Source: an uncultured Gemmatimonadaceae bacterium
Lineage (GTDB): Bacteria; Gemmatimonadota; Gemmatimonadetes; Gemmatimonadales; Gemmatimonadaceae
NCBI GenBank assembly: GCA_963761305.1
Contig: CAVXGK010000002.1
Coordinates: 1,760,001 to 1,824,000, forward strand
Length of the DNA stretch: 64,000 bases
Reading direction: 5' to 3'
The notes beneath the pieces were generated by a model. It was not told the origin of the DNA. It searched no databases and worked only from the letters and a program-made list of their open reading frames with translations. The position numbers were made by a program, and so were the translations under genes. This document shows positions 21,768-31,702 of this stretch, piece by piece. Numbering within the stretch: position 1 is the first letter of the stretch; each line of letters begins with the position of its first letter.

Positions 21768-22274
21768 TCAAAGAGCGAGGTCGAGCGGTTCGACGCCGAT
21801 CTCGCCGCCGGCAATTGTGAGCTTGGCCACACTCGGCATCAGATCGAATCGCCGAGGACCGGCCGCGCCGGGATTCACCACCCAGCGGTCGGCGACGCGC
21901 GTCACCAATTGCTTGTGTGTGTGCCCGTACACGATCACGTCGGCGAAATAGCGCGCGAGAAGCCGCTGCGGATTCGGGCTGCCGACTTCGTGTCCGTGGC
22001 TCACGTGCACGTTCACGCCACCGACGATCAACTCGATCGAGCCGGGAAGCGCCGGATCGTCCACCGGGTCGGTGTTGCCCCGTACCGCCCGCACGGGCGC
22101 GATCAACTCGAGCTCTCGGAGCACGTCATCGCCGCCGACGTCGCCCGCGTGCAGGATCAACTCGACGCCGGCAAGTGCCGTGTGAACGTCGGGCCGCACC
22201 AGGCCATGCGTGTCAGAGATCAATCCGATGACGTGCCGCCCCTGCCCCTTCGCTCGGCCGCGCGCCGTTTTCAT
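21768..22274 (-). CDS. Metallophosphoesterase (YfcE/MJ0936-like)
   Basis: ISDTHG, HAGD, GNTD, HGH, GHTH, NPG. Confidence 0.9.
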   Translation of the reverse strand: MKTARGRAKGQGRHVIGLISDTHGLVRPDVHTALAGVELILHAGDVGGDDVLRELELIAPVRAVRGNTDPVDDPALPGSIELIVGGVNVHVSHGHEVGSPNPQRLLARYFADVIVYGHTHKQLVTRVADRWVVNPGAAGPRRFDLMPSVAKLTIAGGEIGVEPLDLAL

Positions 22275-22876
22275 CGACGATCGGCGCGGTCACTCCAACG
22301 GGGCACGAGTGAATGGGACACACCGAGATGGTCGAGCACGCGCGCGACGACGAAGTTCACCAGATCGTCGATCGATTTCGGCTTGTGATAGAAGCCCGGC
22401 GCCGCCGGCATGACGATCGCGCCGGCGCGGGTCACGCGCAGCATGTTCTCGAGATGAATGGCGCTGAGGGGCGTTTCGCGCGGAACGAGGATGAGCTTGC
22501 GGCGCTCCTTGAGCGCCACGTCCGCCGCGCGCTCGACCAGCGAGCGCGATGAGCCGGCCGCGATCGCCGAGAGCGTTCCCATCGAGCAGGGACAGATCAC
22601 CATGCCGGCGTTGATCGCCGAGCCCGACGCCGGCGCCGCGCCGCGGTCCGCGTCGTCGAACACGGTGACGTGCGCGTCCCAGGCGCGCTTGCCGGCGCGT
22701 TCGCGCAGCGCGTCGATCGAGCCGATGTCCGTCTCCGTTTCGAGAAGACGAAGGCCGTGCGCAGACACGATCAGCTGCACCGGCTCCTTCGCTTCCACGA
22801 GCGCGGACAAGAGGCGCACCGCGTACGGAGCGCCGGATGCTCCCGTGATCGCCACCACGACCGGCGGCTTGGTCAT
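22271..22876 (-). CDS. ubiX: Flavin prenyltransferase UbiX
   Basis: ITGASG, ASGS, PCSMGTL, RAADVALKERR, RETP, PGFY. Confidence 0.95.
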   Translation of the reverse strand: MTKPPVVVAITGASGAPYAVRLLSALVEAKEPVQLIVSAHGLRLLETETDIGSIDALRERAGKRAWDAHVTVFDDADRGAAPASGSAINAGMVICPCSMGTLSAIAAGSSRSLVERAADVALKERRKLILVPRETPLSAIHLENMLRVTRAGAIVMPAAPGFYHKPKSIDDLVNFVVARVLDHLGVSHSLVPRWSDRADRR

Positions 22877-23841
22877 CGGCCGGCGTGAAGCGCGATCGAC
22901 AACGGGCTGGCGCTGGTGAGCCGCTCGATCAGCACGCACGCGAAGAACACGATGCTGATCACGCCGTTCATGGTGAAGAACGCCGCGTCGAGCCGCGAGA
23001 AGTCGTTGGGTTTGACGAGCGAGTGCTCGTACACGAGAAGCCCAGCGGCCACCGCGACGCCGAGCGCGTAGAACGATCCGCCCGCCCCGTTTCCGAACGT
23101 CCCCGCGCCGACGGCGGTCAGACACGCGACGGTCGCCAGGTGCAGTCCTCGAGCGATGTACAGCGCCCGCTGTCCGCCGAGCGCCGCGGGGAGCGAATGA
23201 AGCCGCTCTGCGCGATCGAAGTCGATGTCCTGGAGGGCGTACAACACGTCGAACCCGCCGCCCCATGTCGCGACGGCGAGCGCCAGCGCGACGAGCATCC
23301 ACCACGGATTGCTCCAATGCCCGGTCACCGCGAGGTACCCACCGACCGGAGCGATCGACATCCCGATGCCGAGCACGAGGTGACACCATCGCGTGAACCG
23401 CTTGGTGTAGCTGTAGAAAAGCACCCAGCCGAGCGCCAACGGCGAGAGCAGTCCGCAGAGCGAGTTCAGTTGCCACGCCGCGAACACGAAGACGACCGAC
23501 GCGACCACCACCGCCACCACCGCTTCGGCGACGCGCAGCACGCCGCTCGGCAGCTCGCGCCGGCGCGTGCGCGGATTGCGCGCGTCGATATCGCGGTCGA
23601 CGATGCGGTTGAACCCCATCGCGGCGAAGCGCGCGCAGGTGAACGCGAGCACGATCCATCCGAGCGCGCGCCAGTTGACCGGCGCGCGATACGACGCGAG
23701 CACGACGCCGACGAGCGCGAACGGCAGCGCGAACAGCGTGTGCGGCAGCTTGACGAAGTTCACGTAGGCGAGCCACCGCGAGCCGCGGTGCTCGAACGTC
23801 TGCCCTTCGCGCGCGTGATTCGCGCCCGGGGCCGCGGTCAT
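22873..23841 (-). CDS. UbiA-like polyprenyltransferase (MqnP-type)
   Basis: HTLFALPF, AMGFNRIVDRDIDARNPRT, YSYTKRFT, FDVLYALQD. Confidence 0.88.
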   Translation of the reverse strand: MTAAPGANHAREGQTFEHRGSRWLAYVNFVKLPHTLFALPFALVGVVLASYRAPVNWRALGWIVLAFTCARFAAMGFNRIVDRDIDARNPRTRRRELPSGVLRVAEAVVAVVVASVVFVFAAWQLNSLCGLLSPLALGWVLFYSYTKRFTRWCHLVLGIGMSIAPVGGYLAVTGHWSNPWWMLVALALAVATWGGGFDVLYALQDIDFDRAERLHSLPAALGGQRALYIARGLHLATVACLTAVGAGTFGNGAGGSFYALGVAVAAGLLVYEHSLVKPNDFSRLDAAFFTMNGVISIVFFACVLIERLTSASPLSIALHAGR

Positions 23842-25334
23842 CGTCCGGCTCGCGGTTCGAGGCCCAGCGACGGCCACAGCTCGTCCACGCGACGTTTGGT
23901 GGCGTCGTCCATCAGGATGAGGCCGGGCCATTCGCGATTGAATCCTTCCTCGGGCAACTTCTTCGTCGCGTCGATGCCGAGCTTGGATCCGAACGTGAAC
24001 GTGCGGCTCGAGTGATCGAGCACGTCGACCGGCCCCATCGTGAAACGCGCGTCGCGCTGCGGGTCGATATTGTTGAGCGCGACCCACCATGCTTCCTGCG
24101 GGTCCCGCACGTTCACCCAATCGTCGACGATCACGAGCACCTTGGCGAGCGACATCAAGCCTTGCCCCCACAGCGCGTTCATCACCTTGTACGCCTGGCC
24201 GGGATATTCCTTCTTGATCGATACAAAGACGAGGTTGTGAAAGATCCCTTCGGCCGGCATGTGATAGTCGCGGATTTCCGGGATCGTGAGCTTGAGCAGC
24301 GGCAGGAAGATCCGCTCGGTCGCGTGGCCGAGGTAGAAATCCTCCATCGGCGGCCGGCCGACGATCGTCGCCGGAAAGATCGGCGACTTGCGCATCGTGA
24401 TCGCGGTGACGTGCACCTGCGGATAGAGATCGGCGAGCGAATAGAAGCCCGTGTGGTCGCCGAACGGGCCTTCGGTCACGAGTGATTCGGCGGGGTCGAT
24501 GTACCCCTCGATCACGAAATCGGCTTCAGCCGGCACCTCGAGGTCGCACGTGACGGCCTTGGTGAGCGACACCGGTTCTTTTCGCAGGAATCCGGCGAAA
24601 AGAAACTCGTCGACGGTCGGCGGAAGCGGCGCGCTCGCCGAGTACATCGACCCCGGATCGGCGCCAAGCGCGATGCAGACCGGCATCCTCTCGCCACGCT
24701 CGGCCATTTCCCGCCAATGCGCCGCGCCGACCTTGTGGCGCTGCCAGTGCATGGCGAGGGTCGTCTTTCCCGTCTGCATGATGCGATACATGCCGACGTT
24801 CCGAATGCCGCGCTTCGGATCGCGCGTGATGACCATCGGGAACGTGATGTACGCGCCGCCGTCCTCGGGCCAGCACTTCATGAGCGGCAGCTTGTCGAGG
24901 TCGACGTCGCCGTCGCGCCAGACTATCTCTTGCGACGCGGCGTTGCCGCGTCGCATTCGGGGCGGGAACTTTCCCATCTCGAGGAGCCGCGGCAGCAGCG
25001 CGAGCTTGGCGATGATCCCTTCGGGGACTTTCATCGCCAGCAATTCCTCGATGCGCGCGCCGATTTGGTCCAGCGACTCGACGCCGAGCGACATGCTCAT
25101 GCGGCGCATCGAGCCGAACAGGTTGACGGCGACGGGAAACGCCGAGCGTTGCCCGTTCATGAGCACCGGCTGCTCGAAGAGGAGCGCCTTGCCGCCGGCC
25201 GGTTGCTTCATGACGCGGTCGGCGATCTCACAGAGCTCGAGATTGAGTGAGACCGGTTGTCGCACGCGGACGAGCTCACCGGCCTGCTCGAGCTTTTCGA
25301 CGAAGTCGGAGAGTGTGTCGATGGTCGCGCTCAA
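23838..25334 (-). CDS. UbiD-family menaquinone biosynthesis decarboxylase (MqnL-type)
   Basis: RNVGMYR, EGPFGDHTGFY, GRPPMED. TTG start. Operonic with ubiA-like and ubiX. Confidence 0.9.
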   Translation of the reverse strand: MSATIDTLSDFVEKLEQAGELVRVRQPVSLNLELCEIADRVMKQPAGGKALLFEQPVLMNGQRSAFPVAVNLFGSMRRMSMSLGVESLDQIGARIEELLAMKVPEGIIAKLALLPRLLEMGKFPPRMRRGNAASQEIVWRDGDVDLDKLPLMKCWPEDGGAYITFPMVITRDPKRGIRNVGMYRIMQTGKTTLAMHWQRHKVGAAHWREMAERGERMPVCIALGADPGSMYSASAPLPPTVDEFLFAGFLRKEPVSLTKAVTCDLEVPAEADFVIEGYIDPAESLVTEGPFGDHTGFYSLADLYPQVHVTAITMRKSPIFPATIVGRPPMEDFYLGHATERIFLPLLKLTIPEIRDYHMPAEGIFHNLVFVSIKKEYPGQAYKVMNALWGQGLMSLAKVLVIVDDWVNVRDPQEAWWVALNNIDPQRDARFTMGPVDVLDHSSRTFTFGSKLGIDATKKLPEEGFNREWPGLILMDDATKRRVDELWPSLGLEPRAGR

Positions 25335-25337
25335 GCG

Positions 25338-26087
25338 CTACGCCTTTCGTCCGGAGTGAATCGCCGCGATGCCGAGGCTGAGCGAGCGCCACCCCACGTC
25401 GGAGAATCGCGCGCGCCGCATGCGGTCGGCGAGCTCGGACTCCGGCGGAAAGTTGGCGACCGATTTCGGCAAGTAGGCGTAGGCGCTGCGGTGCCCGCTG
25501 ACGAGTGCGCCGACGCGCGGCAGGACCTGGTGGAAGTACAGGTGATAGAGCGAGCGAACGACGGCGAGTCGCGGCGTCGTGAACTCGAGAATGACGAACC
25601 GGGCGCCGGGCTTCAGCACGCGATTCACCTCGCGCAGCGACGCGTCGAGATCGACGACGTTCCGAATCCCGAACGCGACGATCGCCCCGGAGGCTTCTTC
25701 GTCGCGCATCGGAAGATCGAGCGCGTCGGCGACGACCGGCCAGACGACGGCTGAGGGCGCCTTTCCCGCTCCGGCGCGGAGCATCGGCTCGGCGAAGTCG
25801 GCGCCCACGATTCGGCCTTCGAACCCGCGCGTTTTCGACAGCTCCGCGGCGACGTCGAGGGTTCCGGCGCAAAGGTCGAGATAGGTGCCTCGGGGATCGC
25901 GCGTCCATTCGAGGGCGGCGATCGCCTTTCGCCGCCAACCACGGTCGACGTTCAGGCTGAGGAGATGGTTGAGGCGGTCATAGCTCGGCGCTATCTGGCC
26001 GAAGGTGCGGCGGACGTAGTCTCGCTTGACCTCACCGCCGGCGGCGGCCGCTCGCGCTTCCTCCGTCTCCAGCTCGCTCACCGTCAT
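25338..26087 (-). CDS. menG: Ubiquinone/menaquinone biosynthesis methyltransferase (MenG/UbiE)
   Basis: IAPSYDRLNHLLSL, LDLCAGTLD, FGIRNV, RVLKPG, AYAYLP.SV. Confidence 0.9.
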   Translation of the reverse strand: MTVSELETEEARAAAAGGEVKRDYVRRTFGQIAPSYDRLNHLLSLNVDRGWRRKAIAALEWTRDPRGTYLDLCAGTLDVAAELSKTRGFEGRIVGADFAEPMLRAGAGKAPSAVVWPVVADALDLPMRDEEASGAIVAFGIRNVVDLDASLREVNRVLKPGARFVILEFTTPRLAVVRSLYHLYFHQVLPRVGALVSGHRSAYAYLPKSVANFPPESELADRMRRARFSDVGWRSLSLGIAAIHSGRKA

Positions 26088-26211
26088 GCGGCGAAAGTTG
26101 GGTGTCACCGGAAGACTGGGCAAGCCGAACCGGCTGGTACCACGAAACCGGCGAGCATAGCTTTGGTCAACCGGCGGCCCCGCTTCGTGATGGGCTCGCG
26201 CCACGAGGCCG

Positions 26212-26820
26212 ATGCCACCAGCCCTCGACCTACAAAATCTCCCCGATGCAGACGTCGTCGCGCTGGCCCAGAACGGGCGCGACGGGGCGTTTCGCGAGCT
26301 GATCCGTCGGTACGAGCGGCCGGTTTTCTCGCTCATCTACCGCATGGTGCGCGATCGGGAGCTCTCCGAGGATCTGGCTCAGGACACGTTCATCAAGGTC
26401 CTGAACCACCTCGACCGGTATCGGCCCGAATTCAAGCTGTCGAGCTGGTTGTTCAAAATCGCCAACAACGTCGCGATCGATCATCTGCGACGGCGGCAGT
26501 TGGAGACCGTCAGCATCGACGGATCGCCCCACGCGATGACAATGGACGCGGTCGAGGCGACGTCGTTCGACGTCGTAGGGCAGCAGGAGTCCGCGCTCGA
26601 CGAACTCGAGGCGCGCGAGCTGGGCACGTCGATCGAAAGCGCGATCGCCCAGCTCAGGCCCGAATACCGCTCCTGTATCATGCTGCGACATGTCGAAGGG
26701 CGGTCATACGAGGAAATCGCGACCACCCTCGATCTACCGCTCGGGACGGTGAAGACGTACATCCACCGCGCCCGGCACGAGCTTCGTAAGTCGCTCGAAC
26801 ACCTGCGGGAAAGCGGGTGA
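26212..26820 (+). CDS. ECF RNA polymerase sigma factor (SigW/RpoE-like)
   Basis: EDLAQDTFIK, SWLFKIANN..IDHLRR, SYEEIA..LDLPLGTVKTYIHRAR. Confidence 0.93.
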   Translation: MPPALDLQNLPDADVVALAQNGRDGAFRELIRRYERPVFSLIYRMVRDRELSEDLAQDTFIKVLNHLDRYRPEFKLSSWLFKIANNVAIDHLRRRQLETVSIDGSPHAMTMDAVEATSFDVVGQQESALDELEARELGTSIESAIAQLRPEYRSCIMLRHVEGRSYEEIATTLDLPLGTVKTYIHRARHELRKSLEHLRESG

Positions 26821-26870
26821 TGAGGGTCACCGGGCCCGGCCGCCCGGGAACCGCGAAACTGCCAGTCCAG

Positions 26871-26897
26871 TGAAACCGACGCTCTCAACCCTCCGTA
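26871..26897 (+). promoter_or_regulatory. Candidate ECF promoter TGAAAC-N17-CGTA upstream of the anti-sigma gene
   Basis: Resembles the SigW-type consensus TGAAAC-N16/17-CGTA. A related GAAAC-N17-GTCA lies upstream of the sigma gene (26144-26169). Confidence 0.5.
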
Positions 26898-26916
26898 CTG
26901 AAGCTCCGGAGACTCC

Positions 26917-27507
26917 ATGAACCACCGGCACCTTCTTCCTGACGAGATCGACCTCCTCCTCGACGACGAGGTGGGCTTTGGCGTGACCCCCCTCAGGGCG
27001 CACATCCGCGAGTGTGCGCAATGCCGCGGGCTCGTCGACGAAGCACGCATCGCCGTGGACGCTCTGGAGGCCGTACCGCACTTCGCGCCCTCCCACCTGT
27101 TCGCCGATCGCGTCATGGCGCAGGTGCCGGTTTTCGTGCCGTGGCACGTCGCCGCGCGCGACGCCGCCGAGCGCTGGCTGCCGCAAGCGCGCCAGACCCG
27201 GTTCATTGTCGCCGGGTTGGCAACGTCGGTCGCCTCGCTCGTCACGATCGGAATCCTCTGGGTGATGACGCAGACGGACGCGCTGGTCCTCGCGACCGGC
27301 GCGGCGGGCGACCAACTGCGCAGCGTCGCGATGGACGCGGGGCGCACGGCGCTCGCGGGCATCTTTGGCGAGCAGGCATCGCGATTCGTCCAGAGTATGG
27401 GGACGGCGGGTATCGCCGCGGCGGTCGTCGTGCTGGTCCTGGCGACAGCCGGCTCGCTCGCCGGATTTCGGGCCCTAGCGCTCGCATCGAGCCGACGTCG
27501 GGCGTAG
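26917..27507 (+). CDS. Zinc-binding (ZAS) membrane anti-sigma factor
   Basis: HIRECAQC (Hx3Cx2C) followed by hydrophobic segments. Directly downstream of the ECF sigma. Confidence 0.8.
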   Translation: MNHRHLLPDEIDLLLDDEVGFGVTPLRAHIRECAQCRGLVDEARIAVDALEAVPHFAPSHLFADRVMAQVPVFVPWHVAARDAAERWLPQARQTRFIVAGLATSVASLVTIGILWVMTQTDALVLATGAAGDQLRSVAMDAGRTALAGIFGEQASRFVQSMGTAGIAAAVVVLVLATAGSLAGFRALALASSRRRA

Positions 27508-27509
27508 CG

Positions 27510-28622
27510 ATGCGCCCCCTGGTTGCGATCGCCGCTCTGGCGCTTGGCAGCATGCAGGCGTCGGCGCAGGCCGGTCAGACGAAGACCGATACGACCTCCA
27601 GCGCCAAGGCAGTCACGCCGGCGGACTCCATTCGCCTCGCGCGAGAGATCGAGCAACGCCGCGCGCAGGGTGACTCGCAGCTGCCCGACGCCAGCAGCTT
27701 CACGTTCGGCAATCGAACGATCGCGGCAAACGCAAACGTCCACGGCACGATCGCCGTTGCCAACGGAAATCTCGACGTCTACGGCACCATCGACGGCGAC
27801 GCCGTTGCATTGGGCGGCGACGTCCGCGTCCACAACGGCGGGCACGTAACGGGCGACGCGTTTTCTGCGGGCGGCTCAGTCGTGATCGACGGTGGCGTCG
27901 TCGAGGGCGAGCGGCGCGCGATCACGATGCCGCACTACACCGGAAAGACACCTCTCGTGCACCGCGAGCCGCTCACGGTCTGGCAGGCGCTCAAGCTCGC
28001 CGTGGGATGGTTCGCCGTGCTGTCGATCATCGGCATCGGCGTCATGCTGTTCGCCGACGCGAACCTCGATGGCGTCGTGACCGAATTGGAGCGCGGGGTC
28101 GCGCGCTCGTTCTGGATCGGCGTGGCCGGGCAACTGCTCGCGCTCCCCGGCCTGCTGATCGTGATCGTCGGACTCGCCATCACAGTGCTCGGACTTCTGC
28201 TCGTTCCGTTCGCGATCGTCGCTTACATCGTGGCGGCCGCGGGGCTCCTGACGCTTGGATTCCTGTCAGCCGCCCGCGTGCTCGGCGGCGGACTCGCGTC
28301 CGACGACGGCACGGCTTCTCCGCGCGGCGTGCATCTCCGCGCGTTGTTCGTCGGCCTCATCGCGTACCTCGCGCTGTGGGCGGCGGCCGCGCTCTTCTCG
28401 CACACGCCGGGAATCGGGTCGGTTCTCCGGATCGTCGCGGTGCTGCTCACGTGGGTCGCCGCGACCGCGGGACTCGGCGCCACGATCTCGTCGCGAGCGG
28501 GAACGCATCGAAGCATGTCGCCGGCATCCAAGTTCGCCGGCGACGAGCTCGCCTGGCAGACTCCGACTCCGGTCACGGGCGTCGCGGCATCGTCGCGACG
28601 CCAGGTTTCGTCCGCGCCCTGA
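27510..28622 (+). CDS. Membrane protein with polymer-forming cytoskeletal (bactofilin-like) beta-helix repeats
   Basis: Signal peptide, VHGTIAVANGNLDVYGTIDGDAVALGGDV..VTGDAFSAGG repeats, then several TM helices. Confidence 0.7.
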   Translation: MRPLVAIAALALGSMQASAQAGQTKTDTTSSAKAVTPADSIRLAREIEQRRAQGDSQLPDASSFTFGNRTIAANANVHGTIAVANGNLDVYGTIDGDAVALGGDVRVHNGGHVTGDAFSAGGSVVIDGGVVEGERRAITMPHYTGKTPLVHREPLTVWQALKLAVGWFAVLSIIGIGVMLFADANLDGVVTELERGVARSFWIGVAGQLLALPGLLIVIVGLAITVLGLLLVPFAIVAYIVAAAGLLTLGFLSAARVLGGGLASDDGTASPRGVHLRALFVGLIAYLALWAAAALFSHTPGIGSVLRIVAVLLTWVAATAGLGATISSRAGTHRSMSPASKFAGDELAWQTPTPVTGVAASSRRQVSSAP

Positions 28623-28634
28623 ACGGCGACTCCG

Positions 28635-29384
28635 TCAAGACGTCGGACGAAGCGTGACCTTGTCGCCGAGAGAGAGCTCGAGCGCTCTCGCGGCGTTGTC
28701 GTCTCTGATGGCAATCTCGATCGCGCCTCCCGACCCGACGAGCGCGAGCGCTTCGCCGATCTCGACGTCGGCATACGTGCGACGAATCGCGATGGCGCGC
28801 GTGCCGAGCAGCACCATTCCCTGTTCGGCGCGGAGATTGGTGATCGCGTTGCCGAAGCGGTCGATCGCGACGACTTCGCCCTCGATCATCCCGTCGGGGC
28901 GGCGCACCGGATCCGCCGTGCGACGCACGATGGGCGACGCCGCGGGCTTCCCGAGCGTCGCGATGGCGTCACCGCGAGCGAGTAACGCCGCGGCCGGCGC
29001 GAACACGTCGCGGCCGTGGAAGGTGGCGGATGCGTCGGCGCGAACGGGTAGCTCAACAGCGCGCGCGTCCGATTCGATCAGCGCCGGCGAGAGCACGCCG
29101 TTGTCGGGACCGACGAGGAATCGCTCGCGGCTTTCCACCGCGAGCGCCGCTCGCGTCGAGCCGACGCCGGGGTCGATCACCACGAGGTGAACAGTACCCG
29201 GCGGAAATCGTCGCCACATTCGTTCGACGGTGATGCGAGCGAAATCCACGTCCTGCGGCGGAATCTCGTGCGTGACGTCGACGATCATCGCGTCGGGCGC
29301 CAGCGTGAGCACGACGCCCTTCATCTCACCGACGTAGCCGTCGGCCGTTCCGAAATCCGTCGTGAGCGTGACGATTCGGCCCAT
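28635..29384 (-). CDS. SAM hydroxide adenosyltransferase (DUF62, chlorinase/fluorinase family)
   Basis: LTTDFG, VIDPGVGSTR, GPDNG, TFHGRDVFAP, DRFGNAITN. Confidence 0.9.
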   Translation of the reverse strand: MGRIVTLTTDFGTADGYVGEMKGVVLTLAPDAMIVDVTHEIPPQDVDFARITVERMWRRFPPGTVHLVVIDPGVGSTRAALAVESRERFLVGPDNGVLSPALIESDARAVELPVRADASATFHGRDVFAPAAALLARGDAIATLGKPAASPIVRRTADPVRRPDGMIEGEVVAIDRFGNAITNLRAEQGMVLLGTRAIAIRRTYADVEIGEALALVGSGGAIEIAIRDDNAARALELSLGDKVTLRPTS

Positions 29385-29405
29385 CGGCGAAATCCTCTGT
29401 CGCGA

Positions 29406-30533
29406 TCAGCGCGTGGCGGCGGGCACGCTCCCGCTGACACGTTCCGCGATGCGTCCGGCAATCGAGGCGAGCGCGCGGGCCGCGGACGACTCGGGCTCGG
29501 CGACGACGATCGGCGCGCCGCGGTCGCCGCCTTCCATTACGCGCTGGTAGAGCGGAATCTGTCCGAGCAGCGGCAGCTCGAGCTCCTTGGCGAGCCGCTC
29601 GCCGCCCCCGCTCCCGAAGAGCGGCGACGGCTTGCCACAGTGAGGGCACTCGAACCAGCTCATGTTCTCGACGATGCCGACGATCGGTACCGTCACGCGC
29701 TCGAACATCTTTACGCCGCGCAGCGCGTCGCCGACCGACACTTCCTGCGGCGTCGTCACGATCACCGCACCGTGCACTTGCGTCGCCTGCACGAGCGTCA
29801 GCTGCGCGTCGCCGGTACCGGGCGGCAAGTCGACGATGAAGTAATCGAGCGTGCCCCACGCGACGTCGCGTAGAAACTGGGTGATGATCTTCATGATGAT
29901 CGGGCCGCGCCAGATCGCCGGTTGATCCCGATCGATGAGAAATCCGATGCTGATGACCTTCACGCCGTGCGCCTCGAGCGGAATGATCCGCTCTTGAATC
30001 ACCATCGGCGGCTCGTTCACTCCCATCATCAGCGGGATGTTCGGGCCGTAGATGTCGGCGTCCATGAGACCCACGCGCGCGCCCTGCTGCGCGAGCGCCA
30101 CCGCGAGATTCACCGCGACGGTCGATTTCCCGACGCCGCCCTTTCCGCTCGAGATCGCGATGACTTTCCCGAGGTTCGGATAGGCGACTGGCGTCGGCGC
30201 GGGGACGCGCGGCTGTGCGGGACGGTCGTCCATCACCGGCAGCGAACGACCCGCCGGTTTCGGCGGCGGTGGCGGCGCGGACTTCGCCGATGCGACGTCC
30301 ACCGTCACATCCGAAACACCGTCGAGCTGTTCGATCGTCTGGCGTATCACGCGCGCCAGTGCGGGATCGTCGCCGGGCGCGAGCTGCAAGGTGAGGCGGA
30401 CCTTGCCGGACGTCGTCGTCGCGATGTCGCGCACAATGTCGCTTTCTATCACGTCTCGGCCGGTGCGCGGGTGTCGCACGCGAGCGAGCGCGGCGGCGAT
30501 GCGGGCTTGAAGAGGGGGAGGAGGCGTTGCCAT
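29406..30533 (-). CDS. Mrp/NBP35 (ApbC) Fe-S cluster carrier ATPase
   Basis: SGKGGVGKST, DADIYGP, WRGP, DLPPGTGD, ENMS..CPHC. Confidence 0.93.
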   Translation of the reverse strand: MATPPPPLQARIAAALARVRHPRTGRDVIESDIVRDIATTTSGKVRLTLQLAPGDDPALARVIRQTIEQLDGVSDVTVDVASAKSAPPPPPKPAGRSLPVMDDRPAQPRVPAPTPVAYPNLGKVIAISSGKGGVGKSTVAVNLAVALAQQGARVGLMDADIYGPNIPLMMGVNEPPMVIQERIIPLEAHGVKVISIGFLIDRDQPAIWRGPIIMKIITQFLRDVAWGTLDYFIVDLPPGTGDAQLTLVQATQVHGAVIVTTPQEVSVGDALRGVKMFERVTVPIVGIVENMSWFECPHCGKPSPLFGSGGGERLAKELELPLLGQIPLYQRVMEGGDRGAPIVVAEPESSAARALASIAGRIAERVSGSVPAATR

Positions 30534-30553
30534 GCCCTCAAACCTACGGCTCC

Positions 30554-31618
30554 TTACGTGGCCGCGCGCGCGTCCGGAGTCGTCGCGCTCGAAAGCGGCG
30601 GCAAGTAGCGTCGCGCCGCCGCGATGACGCGTTCCCGCACGTCGTCCAGAGAGCCCGAGATGAGAGCGCCGGCGGCCTTCGCGTGCCCACCGCCGCCGAA
30701 TTGCCGCGCAAATGCGTTGACGTCCACTTCTCCCGTGCTTCGAAACGAGACTTTGACCTTTCCGTACCCGAGGTCGCGGAAGAAGAGCGCCAGGCGCGTT
30801 CCGTCGATGGACCGTGCGTACTCGACGATCCCGTCGAGGTCTTCCTGTCGGACGCCGAACTTCTCCAGTGTGCCGGCGTTCATCGACAGCCAGGAAATGC
30901 CGCGCTGGTCGTCGACGCCGAGTGAATCGAGGACCTCGCCGAGCAGGCGGACGCGTCCGGGCGGCGCCGACGCGTAGATCCGGAGATACATCTCTTCCGG
31001 GCCGACGCCGGCGTTCAGCAGATCGGCGGCGATCGCGTGACACCGCGGCGTCGTATTGCTGAAGCGGAAGCCGCCGGTATCGGTCAGGATCGCCGTATAG
31101 AGAGCGCGCGCGACCGCAGGGGTGATCTCGAGATCGAGCACGCACGCGAGATCGTAGACGAGCTCGCCCGTCGCGCACGCGGCGACGTCGGTGAAGACGA
31201 TGTCGCCCGCGGGATCGTCCGACGCGATGTGGTGATCGATGACCAGCTTCGGCACGCGCAGCTTGCGCACCGCTTCGGCGAGCGATCCCAAGCGCTTGAC
31301 GTCGCTGATGTCGAGCACGACGAGCACGTCGATGCCCTCGAGCGCCGCGGCGCCGCGCGGGCTCGCATCGCGCACGCCACCGTCGAGCAGGAATGAGAAC
31401 AGGTCCGGCCACGGCGTCGGGTTGACGATTCGAACGTCGAGGCCGCGGGCGGTGAGCAGGCGGGCGAGGGCCGATTCAGAACCGCAGCCGTCGCCGTCGG
31501 CGTTCATGTGAGTCGAAAGCGCGACGCGCCGGCCCGGCACGAGCTCGCGCCCGAGGGCTTCGATGGCCGAGCGACGCCACTCCGGAATCGTGAGGTACTC
31601 TTGGGCGGTGTGCGACAC
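30554..31618 (-). CDS. DHH family phosphoesterase (NrnA-like)
   Basis: HMNADGD, IDHH, TDTGGFRF, GGGHAKAAG. Confidence 0.9.
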   Translation of the reverse strand: MSHTAQEYLTIPEWRRSAIEALGRELVPGRRVALSTHMNADGDGCGSESALARLLTARGLDVRIVNPTPWPDLFSFLLDGGVRDASPRGAAALEGIDVLVVLDISDVKRLGSLAEAVRKLRVPKLVIDHHIASDDPAGDIVFTDVAACATGELVYDLACVLDLEITPAVARALYTAILTDTGGFRFSNTTPRCHAIAADLLNAGVGPEEMYLRIYASAPPGRVRLLGEVLDSLGVDDQRGISWLSMNAGTLEKFGVRQEDLDGIVEYARSIDGTRLALFFRDLGYGKVKVSFRSTGEVDVNAFARQFGGGGHAKAAGALISGSLDDVRERVIAAARRYLPPLSSATTPDARAAT

Positions 31619-31639
31619 GTCGTGCTGGTTGCTCCCCCG

Positions 31640-31675
31640 AAAATGAAACGGCGCCGTGACTCGGGCGCCGTTTCA
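31640..31675 (-). terminator. Intrinsic terminator downstream of the amino-acid permease
   Basis: 12-bp inverted repeat TGAAACGGCGCC/GGCGCCGTTTCA (31644-31655 and 31664-31675) followed by TTTT on the minus strand. Confidence 0.75.
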
Positions 31676-31702
31676 AAGCTAACGTGATCCAGCCCCGCGG
31701 CG

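Noticed and set aside
28635..29384. Halogenase (fluorinase/chlorinase)
   Set aside because: It has the Asp/Arg/His pattern (TTDFG, GSTR, TFHGRD) of DUF62 SAM hydrolases, and there is no biosynthetic cluster nearby.
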